The notes under the pieces: generated by a model
Seen by the model: only the letters and a program-made list of their open reading frames with translations
Told to the model about the DNA's origin: nothing
Databases searched by the model: none
NCBI GenBank assembly: GCA_964016885.1
Contig: OZ024740.1
Span: 153,202,001 to 153,266,000 of the forward strand
Direction: 5' to 3'
Origin: Eledone cirrhosa
Lineage: Eukaryota
Length of the DNA stretch: 64,000 bases
Position numbers and translations under genes: made by a program
Shown here: positions 39,144-56,399 of the stretch, piece after piece
Numbering within the stretch: position 1 is the first letter of the stretch
How the letters are laid out: every line of letters begins with the position of its first letter

Positions 39144-40066
39144 TGTATTGAGAGCATTACTTTGCTAGCCTGTCATATACACAAAAGTATAAAGACGTTG
39201 CTTTCAAGTGGTGCCTCTATAAATCAAGTGTATATATGTCTATGTAAATCTGTGCGTATGTGTTGTGATTGAAAGAGTTTGTGTATATATTAACCTAAGA
39301 ATATGCGTGTATTGATATTCGTGTGTTAGTGAGCATGTGTGCGTTTATGTATATTTGTGCGTGTATGAAATTGTGTGTGTGTGTGTGTGTGTGTGTATTT
39401 GTGAGTGTGTGTGTGTATGTATTTGTGAGTTGGCAGCTTCAGAAGAAATGCAGCGAGAAACATCAAAAACTGTCTGATATGCCACCATTTCATATCATAT
39501 GTTAAGGTGACAGTAATTGCAGTTACGTTTCACAATGTTATGTCTTCTGATATACTGTTGTCTGCTTAATTTTATTATTTATTTAGAAAGGAAGCGGCAA
39601 AGTTCATAATCATAGTTTTACCATGAATTGCAACAGTACAGACGTCAATAAAATTTACGTTCTACTTGATCTTCTATAAGCTAACGTCTGTAGGGAAAAT
39701 ACAAACGAGGAAAGAGTTTGAAAATATTTTAATTTAAGAGACGATATAAAGGTTTATATATGTCTATTGCAATGTCTTCCGATAGAGAATACAATAAACA
39801 TGAGAGATATAGGCGTGTGTCTTGTTTTTATAGTTTTTTCTGATTTTAATCTTTTCAGTGGCATATTTTTAATGAAAGACCCTGTTTATGATTTTCAAAT
39901 ATTTGAGAATATTCAAGAATGTGGAGAGATTAAGCCCTTTTAAATATTGATTAGGTATATTTTAAAACTTACTACCCCCTCAGCGGTATTCTAATATTAA
40001 TTGAATATATTTAAGTATGTGTGTGCATGAACGAGTGCCAGTATATGATTGTGTGTGTATAATATG

Positions 40067-40132
<66 letters not shown>

Positions 40133-40138
<6 letters not shown>

Positions 40139-40695
40139 TTGGTGCTCTGTAATAGCTATATATATATGAATGTATATATAGTGTATTTTGCAATACACTG
40201 TATGCTTAATTAAAAGCATTTCGAAGACCATACGCTATTGTTTTAGAGTAGTGACAGTCTCACTTACTTTAATTTTAAGCAAACAGGGGGAGATAAAGCT
40301 GACAGAGCTCCGTTTCGCACATTTTGGTGCTTATCAAAGCTAAGTACTCCACCTGTTTGCTGAAAATCATGAATGTTTGATTTTTATAGAATTCTAGTAA
40401 ATAATCAGGAACTGATTATACAGAGCGGTTGCCGGTCAAGCAGAAATTGAAAATTAGAATTGGTGCTCTGAAATAGCGATATATATATGAATGTATATAT
40501 AGTGTCTTTTGCAATACACTGTATGCTTAATTAAAAGCATTTCGAATTAAACATACAGTGTATTGCAAAATGCACTATATATACATTCATATATATATCG
40601 CTATTTCAGAGCACCAATTCTAATTTTCAATTTCTGCTTGACCGGCAACCGCTCTGTATAATCAGTTCCTGATTATTACTAGAATTCTATAAGAA
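40133..40695. mobile_element. Partial tandem (~320 bp) plus inverted repeat element with a decayed hammerhead
   Basis: ttagaattggtgctctg recurs at ~40133 and ~40455. 40550-40695 is inverted. Minus strand 40297-40341 reads AGCT-TTGATAA-GCAC..GTGC-GAAA-cggagctctg-TC-AGCT (core mutated). Confidence 0.55.
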
Positions 40696-41831
40696 TATTT
40701 TATCTTATTATAATTTTCATCTTTTAATATACTATCCTTCCTAGTTATGACCATTACTTTACCTATCTATATTTATCCCAGTTATCTCTGTATATTTTAT
40801 ATTTACTTATTTATATTCACCTAAAAATTCCATACAACACAACTCAACATTTAATTTTTACATTCCTTTTTAAACTTCACTCCACCATCTACATTCCACT
40901 ATCAATATAACAATCGCTTTCTCCTCATAGGTTCTTTATAGTAATTCTATTTTTAACACCATTCAACCATTCCTTTCAAAGGGTCATGACCTCAGCTAAA
41001 GTGAGTTATATTTTATCTTAACATCAAATGGCAAAAAACCATTTGATTGGTCTGTTCTTCAGCTACCTCCAAATAAGGTCATAGAACTCAATTTACTTTT
41101 GATTTCGAATAAATTTTCATTGCTTTTGACAACGGCTGATGATATATATGTAGGTAAATATATTCCTTATCTGATATTTTGTAACTAACCCTACATAGAT
41201 CGATAACGAAATATGCGTACAATGTATTATTATCACGTAGAAACGATCGTAAAGCAGTGAAATATATTTCTAATGACTTGAATTTTTATTTCATTGTTTT
41301 AATTTATATCATGACTGTTTTTCTTTTGATGTTTTATTGTTTTCCGTGATTTATTTAAACCTACAACATTTTCAACATATGGATTACATTGAGTTCTTCA
41401 TGCAGACTAGACCCCACAACTAACCGTGGATATTTCTGTATATATATATATATATATAAATGTGTATGTATGTGGATCACACACTCATACTTATCGTTGT
41501 CAACACGTCTCCTTTTTGTCTTTATTTTGTTTTTGTCTTTGTATATTTTTTGTTTTTATTTATTTATTACTTCTTGTATATGTATGTGTATGTATTTATG
41601 TCCCTGTCTGTAGACGCTTATACGCTTATGTGAAAAAGTATACGTATTCGTACTTTTTAAGTATATGCGCCTGGTTTAGTGTGTGTATGTTTACGCTCTG
41701 GATATTTATTTTTTATATATATATATTTTTTCCCCTCTTCTTTTTCGCCAGTTTTTTTTATCAGCCTCACTTTCATATTTCTTAAATTTTATTTTCAAAT
41801 CCATATTTAATAAAAACACCTTGTTTTTTTA

Positions 41832-41892
41832 TTCATTCTGACGACTGAAAACAGATACAATATCTGCTTTCAAGAAACCACTGGTAAATGAA
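41832..41892 (+). ncRNA. Type I hammerhead ribozyme motif
   Basis: TTCATT-CTGACGA-cTGAAAaCAGATAcaaTATCTGcTTTCAa-GAAA-CCAcTGG-TA-AATGAA. Confidence 0.75.
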
Positions 41893-41950
41893 ATAATTAT
41901 CTTATGTTATTTATTACATAACTATATATATATATAAATATAATATAATA

Positions 41951-41996
<46 letters not shown>

Positions 41997-42258
41997 AGTT
42001 TTTGGTATATATATATATATATCTCAGTTTTTGGTACATCGACCTCAGAGTTTTAAACTAAACATATGGTCATTATCGAGCAAAATTATTTTCACACATT
42101 ATATATCTATGTCTCATTCATGAATATTGATATTTACATTATATTACCCAGTTCATGTGAATTGATAATTCAAATTGATAGGACATGACGTAAAGATGTA
42201 ACTCTATCACCCCTCTCTCTAGATATAGCTCTTTCTTCTCCTCTCTCTTTATATATGA

Positions 42259-43206
42259 CTAGCAGTAAAGCCCGGCGTTGCTCGGGGTCGCTCAGTAGCT
42301 GTGTTAAAGTTACAATGTTAAGTTTCTTTTTTGGCTTAAAAACTGTAGTGTCTACTGTGCAGACTTGCATGTGGTGTTTTTGATTAATATTCCCTCAACC
42401 AACAATATGCCTTATGAAGTTAAGAAAACATAACGATAACCCGAATGTTATAACAAAAGAGGATGCTGGGGATAAAAACTGCACTGGTTATTTATTAACA
42501 AAGATCGAAAATGTAAACACTGCAACGCAGAGAAAAACATTAGCGTAACCAAATTATCAGTTATGTCTGTCTGCACGCCTATATCACCTCTCTGCACGAC
42601 TGTCTGTCTGCACGCCTATATCACCTCTCTGCACGACTGTCTGTCTGCACGCCTATATCACCTCTCTGCACGACTGTCTGTCTGCACGCGTATATCACCT
42701 CTCTGCACGACTGTCTGTCTGCACGACTGTCTGTCTGCACGCCTAACGACGAAATATTTGCTTGTTTTACGTAGTCTTTAAATAGACTTGTTTTCAAGTA
42801 AAAATATTGTTTTAAAATGCTTTTAAATGGAAATGAAGCAAAACGGAAGCTTAGTGTTCGAACTGATGAATTTTGCAGGTCAATATTTTACTGGCTCGAC
42901 AACTGTTCGTGTATTGTGTTAATGTCATTTTAAACGCTGAGAAAGCCAGCGTAATTTTTTACGTAAGACGCTCAATGTAAACAGAACAAAGGGAAATAAC
43001 TGATAACTTACGCTCAAAAATCGATACATTATATTCGATTTCGTCACATAGGGTGGGTCAATTTGAAATATTTTTTTTCCGATGTCTTCGCTAGGGCTCA
43101 ATGTACAAGTATAGCAATTTCGGTGCAATTCCGTGAGAGATTCTAAGAGGAGATGTGTGCCAAAAATCGATAGACAGACAGACAACCACAGTTTTATATA
43201 TATAGA
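42259..43206 (-). mobile_element. Non-autonomous Helitron containing a 37-bp minisatellite
   Basis: Minus strand A|TC...CTAG|T, hairpin CCCGAGCAACGCCGGG. About 4 copies of tgtctgtctgcacgcctatatcacctctctgcacgac at 42564-42745. Confidence 0.7.
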
Positions 43207-43712
43207 TGAGGTTTATGTATCTGTTGTTTTGACTTTGCCTTTCAGGTTTCTCTCTTATTTCTCTCTTGATTTTCACCTCCCCCTATATAATTATTATTAT
43301 TTTGTCTCCCTCTTTCTTTTTCCCCCCACCTCTATCTCTCTCTCTCTGTTTTCTCTTCATCTCCATTTTTTTTATTTCTCTCCGTCTCCTCTCTAACTGT
43401 TCTTAACACTATAACTAAATAATTACCGTACTCCCTCTTAAATCTCTCAATTTGTATGATGAATTATTATTATTCATCTGTTGCCTTCGGTTGCCTCTCT
43501 TATTTCACCTCCTCCCTATTTCTCTCTCCCCTATCTCTCTTTATTTCTCTCTGTTTTTCTTTACATACATTTCTTCTTTTTCTCCGTCTTTCTTTATAAC
43601 TGTGCTTAACACTAAATATTTATAAACACTTCACTACCAAACCAGCTTCCTACATAATGGTCGCTCATATTTATGGTACGTCAAAATTATTTATAAAACT
43701 GTTTATATATTG

Positions 43713-43778
43713 TATTTTATCTGACGAAGGCAAGCCATATTTTTAATATGGTATCCCCGAAATATGTATAATGAAATA
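43713..43778 (+). ncRNA. Minimal hammerhead ribozyme motif
   Basis: TATTTTAT-CTGACGA-agg..ccatat/atatgg..ccc-GAAA-tatgta-TA-ATGAAATA. Confidence 0.6.
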
Positions 43779-43818
43779 AATATGGTTTTATAAATATAGT
43801 TTCCATTTGTTTAATATC

Positions 43819-43871
<53 letters not shown>

Positions 43872-44048
43872 AAGGATCGGAACTAAGAGTATTCCGCAGT
43901 TCACAGTAATAACTTCTGACTTAGTTTTTTTCTATTTAATTGCTAAACCTGTAGATATTGTTCTCTATACAGTAACGGTAAAACTCACTTGTAATAATTC
44001 TTTACACACATCTCACTGTGTAACACACTTCTATTTGTGTAATATATT

Positions 44049-44126
<78 letters not shown>

Positions 44127-45126
44127 TAACAGATTAAAGTTTAAGCAAAGAATCGCTGCTTTCACCCTTAACGGGATCTTCTGAAACTAAAAAAAAATCA
44201 ATCTGTGAACGCAGAAGTAACTATTTCAAAAATCGTTGCAACCGAAAGAAAACAGGAAGACGATACTTTGGTTCGTGAAGACGTTCCCGAACCAAAGAAC
44301 GGAAAACAGCGAAGATAATACGTCGTTATGTAGATCGATGAGAACAATTACACGCAAAGACAAAACCACGTTTATGGTATAAATGGAGTCATTAGAGTAA
44401 TATTCTATTTAAGAAACCGAATGATACTCGGCTTCGGAGTTAAGAATAATATAAATAAATTAGTTGAACGAAAATAACAGAGGTTATTAAAATCATAAAA
44501 GTAATAATAATTAAATATATACATACACACAACTATATACGTACATACACGTTTATACGCGAAAAAACATGCCATACATACATATACATGCACATACACA
44601 TAAACACGCGCACGCGTACATAAACCCGGCGCGACATATATACCCGCACACATACGAACGTGACACCAAATAGACACATAACCTGTTGCTTTTCTCGTTG
44701 CTTCGGTGTCGTAGCTGGGTCTGCCTGCCACAGCTTTCAATTTGTCATACCGTCTAACGAATGTTATTACTCTGAGACTCCTCATCGAGTGCTTGACAGA
44801 ACATTCCTCGTTGTATCTCGTTGGCTTGGCTACAGCCGAAGCTTCGATTTTACCAAACTTTCATTTATATATGTTGGCTGTATATGTTGGCTCAACTTGT
44901 AATAGAATAGAACCAACATTTACAGCTTCATATGCAGACGATACTTGTCTGATGAGGTCGTTTCTCTTACATAATAGATACCACTGAAATATATATATAA
45001 CAGTAAAGTAGTAATCGATACAATGATGTAAAATCCAAGCGCACTGACTCCTTCATTATTATATATATATGAATAAACGTAATACACCTATATGCTTAAG
45101 CTACTATTTCATTTGATTTTTCACAG

Positions 45127-45183
45127 GGTCCAGCGCCTACATGAACTATGAACAAGACGATGACGGTGGTCTATTTTCAGACG
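45127..45183 (+). CDS. 57-nt phase 1-1 micro-exon A1: (G)SSAYMNYEQDDDGGLFSD
   Basis: tttttcacAG acceptor, G|GTAATT donor, open in phase 1, GC-richer than flanks. Lies inside a ~550-bp block present three times. Confidence 0.7.
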
Positions 45184-45422
45184 GTAATTATTACTAAATT
45201 CTTCTTTGTTTTATCACACTCTATTCTGTTATATATTTAATTTAATTATTTATTGTGGAAGTGGACGGTGAAATGATGGAATATTTTGGACGTTGAACAG
45301 CTTTGCAATTATTGTGGCAGCTTTTCAATTTCATAATTCAAATCCCATCGACGTGAATTTCCTTTTTCTAAACTCTTAAAATAAACTATCAATAATGCAC
45401 CGTGACTCATTTAGTCTCGTCT

Positions 45423-45505
<83 letters not shown>

Positions 45506-45616
45506 CTGGGTTCAATCGGGGTTAACCACAGTAAATAAGGTACTCAATACGTAGCAGAGTATAATTTTTAATATAGAAATGGCTTCTACAGGACTAAAAC
45601 TGTTATATCGGTCGCT

Positions 45617-45900
45617 CTCCGATGGGTTTGCGGTTGTACCCTTGGCAGTGGAGACTTCTGGTGTCCTCGGCCCTAGGGCTACCTCCCTACTCACCACCAT
45701 AGGCGCTGAGCTGGCCAGCCACAGGTGTGAGCCTCGCGAGTTGGAATGGCTTTTCCAGTGCGTCTCCCTTGCCGTCCTCCGGGGAAACGCCTTCTCTATT
45801 CTGTCCGCCTGGGCTGTGGGGAGGCCACAAATATGATTGACTGACTTGTCATTTTATCAGTCAGATGATCCATGCTTTTCCATATATTTATAGCATAAAA
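45617..45900 (+). mobile_element. CRE-like non-LTR retrotransposon 3' fragment
   Basis: VPLAVETSGVLG...LFQCVSLAVLRGNA resembles the C-terminus of the CRE restriction-like endonuclease. Confidence 0.65.
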
Positions 45901-46279
45901 GTTGTTACACTATCAGTGACATCTCCATCAGCTATGATTAAGTCATTCTACTAAAAGACGACTGTCGATGTGATATGGTGATATTTATACATATTCTGGA
46001 GGTAGGGTAAGGTGGTGACTGGGATGGGTGGAGGACATTAGCTGAAGGATTTAAAGAATGGGGATTCATTGAAAAAACTATATTTAGAGAAAAATACATA
46101 GAGATATAGAATGATACAAATGCAGGCACTCCTAATATTCAAAGTTCGTTTATTCTAAGCAAACAAAGGGTTTTCATTAAGTGGCTGTATAACATGCTCT
46201 GTTAAAGGATGGTGAAGTCTGTAAAATGGTCAGGTGTTTAAAATCACACACATGCCCCTCCCCCACACACATATATATA

Positions 46280-48120
46280 TGAGAGTATCGAGCGTGGAAG
46301 GACCGCTCTACAAAATTTCATGGCTCATAGGAAGTGTTGGAGCGCCTACATCAAATGGATCCCGACACCAGAAAGGCTCACAGGTATGCCTTCAGCCTTG
46401 ATGTGGTTGCTCTTTACACCTCGGTCCCGGCGTTGCCGGCCGTTGATATACGGATGGAACGTCTTCAATCTACCAACCTACACTGCTTCGGGCTCACCCC
46501 CACTGACATCCACCAGCTCCTATCCGTCGTCGTTGACAACACATATTTCAGTTTTCTCGACCAAACATACCGGCAAACCTCAGGGCTACCCATGGGCTCA
46601 AGCCTGTCGGGTGTGCTAGTGATTACGCCTGCCACTCCAACGCCGTCACCTTCTTCTCAAAATACGTGGACGACATCCTCATCCTCACATTTTCCCAGGA
46701 GATGGCGAGCGGGATTTACGAGACGTTCAGCAACACGGACGAGAATATTGACTTAAGTGTTGAACACCCCAACGATGACTTCCTGATCAACATCACGGAG
46801 CAGGGAGGGATCCACACCAGCTTCTGCCGAAAGGCAGCCTGCAGGGACTTGTTCGTCCACTACAAATCTACCCTCCCTAACAGTGCTAAAAGAGGGTACA
46901 TCACGAACGAGATAACGCGGATTAAAAACAGATGCAGTGATCCCGTGAGTGGTGTCACCCATACCAAGCGGTTACTCAGGGTGCTGGAGACGAACGAATA
47001 CCCAGCCTCGCTTACAAGCTGAGTAAGAGACACCAGACGCAAGAGACAGAGAAACACCCAAGGCAAGTGCTTCCTTAAAATCCCGCACCCGGGCGAGAAA
47101 ACCACCAATTCTATCGACAGGGCTATACGGAGAGAGGGCCTCGACATCCACCTGGCCCACTCGGGCCCCTCCCTACGGAGATGCCTCTCCAGGAAAACCT
47201 GGAAATTGACTGACGCGTGTTCCCTCAGAAACTGTCTGATGCGCCAAACGAACTGTTGCTTACGCACGTACGTTGTATACAAGGTAGAATGTGACAAGTG
47301 CAACCACTACTATATCGGTAGCACAATCCGGCCACTACATATCCGGATCAAGGAGCACATCAACACCAGGGCTTCGTCTTTCCGGAAACACATAACCAAA
47401 TGCGGAAACAAAGACGGAAGGCCCATTGTCACAGTGCTAGCGGCAGAACGCAACGTCGACACTTTAAGAATCAAGGAAGCACTTTGGGTCAAACGCCTAG
47501 GACCACAAATAAATAAGAGATTTAACCGATCCGAGAGAAGCGAGACGAGATGGCTGGTGTAAACAAACGAAACAACAACACACACACACATACACACAGT
47601 GGCAGTCGAACGATTGTTATTGTGGGTATAGCGCGCCCACCATCCACTGACCAACAAACGGCAACCAAGCAGACTACCAGCACTGCCAGTATCAAAGACT
47701 GAATATAGGTAGTATAATGGATTGACAGCGAAGCACCATCCCACTCCCATAGTAAAGAAGAACTGCCTCGCCTTTGCTTGGCCGCACCTATTCCCCGCAC
47801 ACGCGCTCTCTACAGAATATATCAGTTGTACACAAACGGCGGACATCAGAGGCCACGTACCGTTCCTCTCCGACTAAAAAAACTTCCCCCCCTCGGAAAA
47901 ACCCCCAGTTGATGGATGCGAAATCCGATATATAGGGACAATTAAATCTCTTCCAAGGTAACTCTATCTCGTGTTATTATTTTACGCTCTTTCCTACGTT
48001 CCTCTACACCATATAGGTCTCATTCTACAATTCCTCTTACATCTCTCTCTTCACCACCGGATTCTGTTACCCGGAGATTTACCCATCTACATTGTTGAGG
48101 CTTCCAAAACGACCAACATT
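46280..48120 (+). mobile_element. Penelope-like element, 5'-truncated and degenerate (second family)
   Basis: SLDVVALYTSVP, YRQTSGLPMGSSLSG, YVDDIL (RT); VVYKVECDKCNHYYIGSTIRPLHIRIKEH (GIY-YIG). Confidence 0.85.
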
Positions 48121-48126
48121 TATATA

Positions 48127-48206
<80 letters not shown>

Positions 48207-48214
48207 TATATATT

Positions 48215-48935
48215 TATTAAAATAACAGATTAAAGTTTAAGCAAAGAATCGCTGCTTTCACCCTTAACGGGATCTTCTGAAACTAACAAAGTCAATCTGT
48301 AAACGCAGAACTGGATATTTCAAAAAACGTTGCAACCGGAGGAAGACAGGAAGACGATACTTTGGTTCATGGTGACGTTCGCTGGCAAAGAACGGGAAAA
48401 AACGAATAATACGTCATTAATAGGAGCGGTGAAAAACAATTACGCGCAAAGACAGAACCACGTTTATGGTATAAAAGAGGTCGTAGACTAATGTTCTCTA
48501 AGTAGTGCATAGAATTTTAGTCTACAACTTCTGCTATACCATTTACGTGGTTTTGTCTTTGCGTGCTATTGTTCTCCACGCTCCACATATGACTTATTAT
48601 CTTCGTTTTTTCGTTCATTGCCAGAGAACGTCTCTATGCACCATTTAGAGAATATTAGTCTACGACCTCTTTTATACCATAAACGTGGTTCTGTCTTTGC
48701 GCGTAATTGTTTTTCACCGCTCCTATTAATGACGTATTATTCGTTTTTTCCCGTTCTTTGCCAGCGAACGTTACCACGAACCAAAGTATCGTCTTCCTGT
48801 CTTCCTCCGGTTGCAACGTTTTTTGAAATATCCACTTCTGCGTTTACAGATTGACTTTGTTAGTTTCAGAAGATCCCGTTAAGGGTGAAAGCAGCGATTC
48901 TTTGCTTAAACTTTAATCTGTTATTTTAATAAATA
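48215..48935. repeat. Fold-back element with ~290-bp inverted arms
   Basis: 48215-48500 is the reverse complement of ~48645-48935. Related sequence at 44121-44410 and 8185-8270. Confidence 0.8.
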
Positions 48936-49145
48936 TTTGCTCTTCGGTTCTTATATATCTGATATATATTTTCCTTATCGAGCCCTCTTTGGATTTTAGT
49001 CTTCAATTTTATTATTATCACTATAAATATATATATATATACACACATATACATATATATATATACATAATACACACACATACACATACGTGTATACATA
49101 TATATACACACACACATAATAGTATATATATATACATACATATAT

Positions 49146-49267
<122 letters not shown>

Positions 49268-49780
49268 ATTTCGTGTTTCAGAAGAAATACGGTATGTTTA
49301 AAATAGACATTTAGAGAGACGTAGCTATGCCAAAACACCACCGACTAATGCCGTCTGGCAGTGTCCATCGGAATTAAGGGGGACAATAGTGGATGTGCAT
49401 TTCGAACTGAATTGGTTCTCATCAGCACGAGTCCTCCCACTCTTGCAACTGCTGGACTTTGAAAACAGGCAAGAATATATGTTTTTTTTTGTCTGTGTAA
49501 ATGATGTGATTAATCTCATTTGCATATGAAACTGTATATGTTAGCTCAACTTATAATAGAATAGAACCAACATTTACAGCTTCATATGCAGACGATACTT
49601 GTCTGATGAGGTCGTTTCTCTTACATAATAGATACCACTGAAATATATATATAACAGTAAAGTAGTAATCGATACAATGATGTAAAATCCAAGCGCAGTG
49701 ACTCCTTCATTATTATATATATATGAATAAACGTAATACACCTATATGCTTAAGTTACTATTTCATTTGATTTTTCACAG

Positions 49781-49837
49781 GGTCCAGCGCCTACATGAAC
49801 TATGAACAAGACGATGACGGTGATCTATTTCTAGACG
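49781..49837 (+). CDS. 57-nt phase 1-1 micro-exon A2: (G)SSAYMNYEQDDDGDLFLD
   Basis: Same splice sites as A1; block ~49533-50080. Confidence 0.7.
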
Positions 49838-50610
49838 GTAATTATTACTAAATTCTTCTTTGTTTTATCACACTCTATTCTGTCATATATTTAATTTAAT
49901 TATTTATTGTGGAAGTGGACGGTGAAATGATGGAATATTTTGGACGTTGAACAGCTTTGCAATTATTGTGGCAGCTTTTCAATTTCATAATTCAAATCCC
50001 ATCGACGTGAATTTCCTTTTTCTAAACTCTTAAAATAAACTATCAATAATGCACCGTGACTCATTTAGTCTCGTCTAAGTGTGTGTGTGTGTGTGTGTGT
50101 GTAACTATATATACATGATGGCTGCAAACTCTGCTAAGATTACTGCAATTGCTTGGAGGATTATAGAGTTTGGTGCACTTTTAGGCTACCGCCAGCCACA
50201 CAAACCTGTAACATCCTGAACAAACAATGCCTGTGCTTTTGAATGTTTTGTAAGTGGGGAAAGGCCTTGCACTCGACCAATTCCACTCTCTGAGCATCGA
50301 AAACACTATCCAGAAAAGAGAACTGGTCAACATCATTGGATTCAGAGTTTCGATTTCCTAGAAAGGTGTTGTGACAAAAACTGGGGGCCTTTCACTCCCA
50401 GGTGAAAAAGAAGTACTATTTGGATGGGCGTTGACTCTTCTGGGTTCCTCCGCCCTTTGCCGGGTCTTGTATCTCATCCTGCAGAGTGTCCAAATATCAC
50501 CCTCCTCACCAAGCAAACTTTGTTGGGGTTGCCGGTTTAATCGCCGACGACCTGACCATGAGACAGGTTGTACTGAGTTACATGTTACTAGTAGCACTCA
50601 AGAGCGACCT

Positions 50611-50760
<150 letters not shown>

Positions 50761-51639
50761 CACATACATAATAATAATATTATTTATAGTTATATATACA
50801 CTATATACAACTATAAACAGGAAAGGTCAGTAATTTATTATTACCTTATTACCAGTAAGAAAAATAGCTCAATATAAATACATCAGATGTTTTACAGAGC
50901 AGGAATATAAATTACACAATAATCAAAACTATGTTCAAATCATTTTATTGCTGACAATCATGTCTTCCAAACTTTCGTTTGGAATCCTCGGACCACAAGC
51001 AAAGTTTGGACATATAATTAACAATATACAATCCATAGCTGTATCTTATTATAAACATTCACTAAAATAAAATATAACCAATGTAATGGAAAATATAACA
51101 ATAATAATAATATTCTCAACACATGCACATTTGAACATTACAGAAATAATTATCACACTACATCCACCATAAACTCATAATTTTAATACACAAACACCTT
51201 TGCCTGCTTGATATGCTTGTAAACCTATGTTATTTTATGTGATACCTTTGCCATGCAGTAATTATATATGCCTAGTGCCATTGATTGTTTCCTACCTAAC
51301 TGTCCTGTATATGCCTAACGCATTTGCACTCTCTAGACTGCTTTAATTATTATACAATTCTCTTGTAATCTCTGTCATCCATTCCACTCTGTAAATACAA
51401 AACTGTTGATGACAACATTAATATCCATGTATCTATATGATTATTCAGTTGAATAGGAAGTTGATTATATGTCCAAACGTTGCTAGTGCTCCGAGGAATT
51501 CAAACGAAAATTTGGAAGAAACGATTGTCAGCAATAAAATGATTTGAACATAGTTTTGATTATTGTGTAATTTATATACATACATATATATATTTCATTA
51601 TACTGGGCAATGACCAACGGCTTGCTATGAGTAGGGTCC

Positions 51640-53905
<2,266 letters not shown>

Positions 53906-53913
53906 TAGAGAGA

Positions 53914-54006
<93 letters not shown>

Positions 54007-54056
54007 AGTCAGATTTTCAACTTATTTTGAAACTTTATTGCGTATTACAATTGTTT

Positions 54057-54128
<72 letters not shown>

Positions 54129-54388
54129 GGAAAAAATTAAACGAAATTTCATTTCCCACTCTTAGTACGGCTGTTACTTAAATATAAGTATGTATACGTA
54201 CATACATATATGTATACAGACGTACAGTAGTATGTATATATATACATACATGCACACACATATATATGTACGTATGGATTTACCGAACATTTATTATAAT
54301 GCTCGGTGTGTTTGTAACAAATATCCCGAATTAAGCTGTACAGTGTTTAGCAACCATCATTGCCTTTTTGTTCAACACTGACAAAGGA

Positions 54389-54431
54389 ACGATGTACTAG
54401 TTTCAAGCTTTTTAGCTATCGTCAGCACCGT
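54389..54431 (-). ncRNA. Minimal hammerhead ribozyme motif (second copy of the 602-644 family)
   Basis: ACGGTG-CTGACGA-tAGCtaaaaaGCTt-GAAA-CTAG-TA-CATCGT. Confidence 0.7.
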
Positions 54432-54833
54432 ATACCTTCCTGCCAGATGATTGAACGTCTGAAAGTATATACTTTCCATTTGCATATTAACGGCTGAGCA
54501 GCCTAATTTGCATATCGAGTGAGTTTCATTTTTTCCGTTTATCGTTTTCGGTGCGCCTGGCCGATTAACTTACTCGATATGCAAATGTATATGTTAGCTC
54601 AACTTATAATAGAATAGAACCAACATTTACCACTTCATATGCAGACAATACTTGTCTGATGAGGTCGTTTCTCTTACATAATAGATACCACTGAAATATA
54701 TATATAACAGTAAAGTAGTAATCGATACAATGATGTAAAATCCAAGCGCACTGACTCCTTCATTATTATATATATATGAATAAACGTAATACACCTATAT
54801 GCTTAAGTTACTATTTCATTTGATTTTTCACAG

Positions 54834-54890
54834 GGTCCAGCGCCTACATGAACTATGAACAAGACGATGACGGTGATCTATTTCTAGACG
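54834..54890 (+). CDS. 57-nt phase 1-1 micro-exon A3: (G)SSAYMNYEQDDDGDLFLD
   Basis: Identical to A2 with intact AG/GT; block ~54586-55135. Confidence 0.7.
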
Positions 54891-55940
54891 GTAATTATTA
54901 CTAAATTCTTCTTTGTTTTATCACACTCTATTCTGTCATATATTTAATTTAATTATTTATTGTGGAAGTGGACGGTGAAATGATGGAATATTTTGGACGT
55001 TGAACAGCTTTGCAATTATTGTGGCAGCTTTTCAATTTCATAATTCAAATCCCATCGACGTGAATTTCCTTTTTCTAAACTCTTAAAATAAACTATCAAT
55101 AATGCACCGTGACTCATTTAGTCTCGTCTAAGTGTGTGTGTGTGTGTGTGTGTGTAACTATATATACAGGACTGTGTGCGCGCGTGTGTGATGCTGACGA
55201 ACTCGGTAATGAACACTCAATACCGAGATAGAGTTTAATATCATTCTCCTTTATAATGCTTAACTCCTAGCCATAATACATGCATACATACATGTATATA
55301 TATTTATATATATATCTATCTCCGTTTGGTTGTCAAAATAGATATTAACATTCTTTATTAGTCTTAATTCTATCAACTCTTCTCTTATTTACCTTTTAAT
55401 ATAAACTGCTATAGATAAAATGAGATTTCTGATTTCTTGATTCAATTCCCTAATGCATATACCAGCTGGCTACTATCATTGATGTTATTCAGTAGCAATC
55501 GAAATCTCCCCCTTCCCCAATTGACACTTTATAATTAATACTACTGCACCAAATGACCAGCCCTGTCCACGGTCAAGTAGAGATTAAAATTGGCACTACC
55601 AAAATTCTTATTTAGATTTACTCATGGTATTCTCATTAGAAACCCATTATATACTTGTTTAGCAGTAAATTAATTTACCATCTGTCATATACTATCCCCT
55701 CTTTTTCTTCCTCTATTACTAATATAAATACTTCAATTTTTCTGATTTTATCCAATTTATCCAAAATCTCTGAAGAAGTGACAACTGATTATACATTTGC
55801 TATCGAATACTTGCTAACATTATATGATTACGCAAGCAGCGATACATAGGTATTCCGTCTGTTACAGAAACATATGTCAATACCTAATAAATTCCTTTTT
55901 AAAAAAAGCACTTTCATTTTATATTCATCCTTTCTATATA

Positions 55941-56030
<90 letters not shown>

Positions 56031-56399
56031 ACATAGAAAGAATGCGATAAGTTGAAAAATGTCAATTTTCTTCTTTCGATGTTTATTTATATATATATAT
56101 AGAGATATATATACTAATGTCTGTTTGTATTTATATAGCTGTTAATATATATATGTGTGTTGTGTACATGTATATATTCGTAACGAAAAATTGATCATAT
56201 AGAATAGCTGTGTTTAAAATAACAGAGGCTAGGAAATCGCCATTTTTATATATATATCTATCACTTTCCGGTATGCATGCCTGGCGCTGTACGCTAAACA
56301 CTCGTGCACATAGCACGCTAAACCAAGTTCCGCTCAGCGCAGACACAGAGCGGACGGAGGCTCTGTAAGCCGTAGCGTAGGCAGAGCTACCACTCCGAA

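Noticed and set aside
39587-39954. Additional candidate exons (after ttag at 39586, tag at 39693, cag at 39858)
   Set aside because: They hit stops in phase 1 or have weak donors.
41136-41260. CTGATGA...GAAACGATCGTA hammerhead candidate
   Set aside because: Core and palindromic stem III are present but stem I does not pair; at best a decayed copy.
42564-42745. 37-bp repeats superficially like a CRISPR array
   Set aside because: Head-to-tail with no unique spacers; a minisatellite inside a Helitron in eukaryotic DNA.
44949-44990. CTGATGAG in the exon A cassette as a hammerhead
   Set aside because: No properly placed stem II/GAAA/stem I pairing.
50110-50600. Possible coding remnant on the minus strand
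   Set aside because: GC-richer and perhaps a decayed LINE piece, but no motif I can support.
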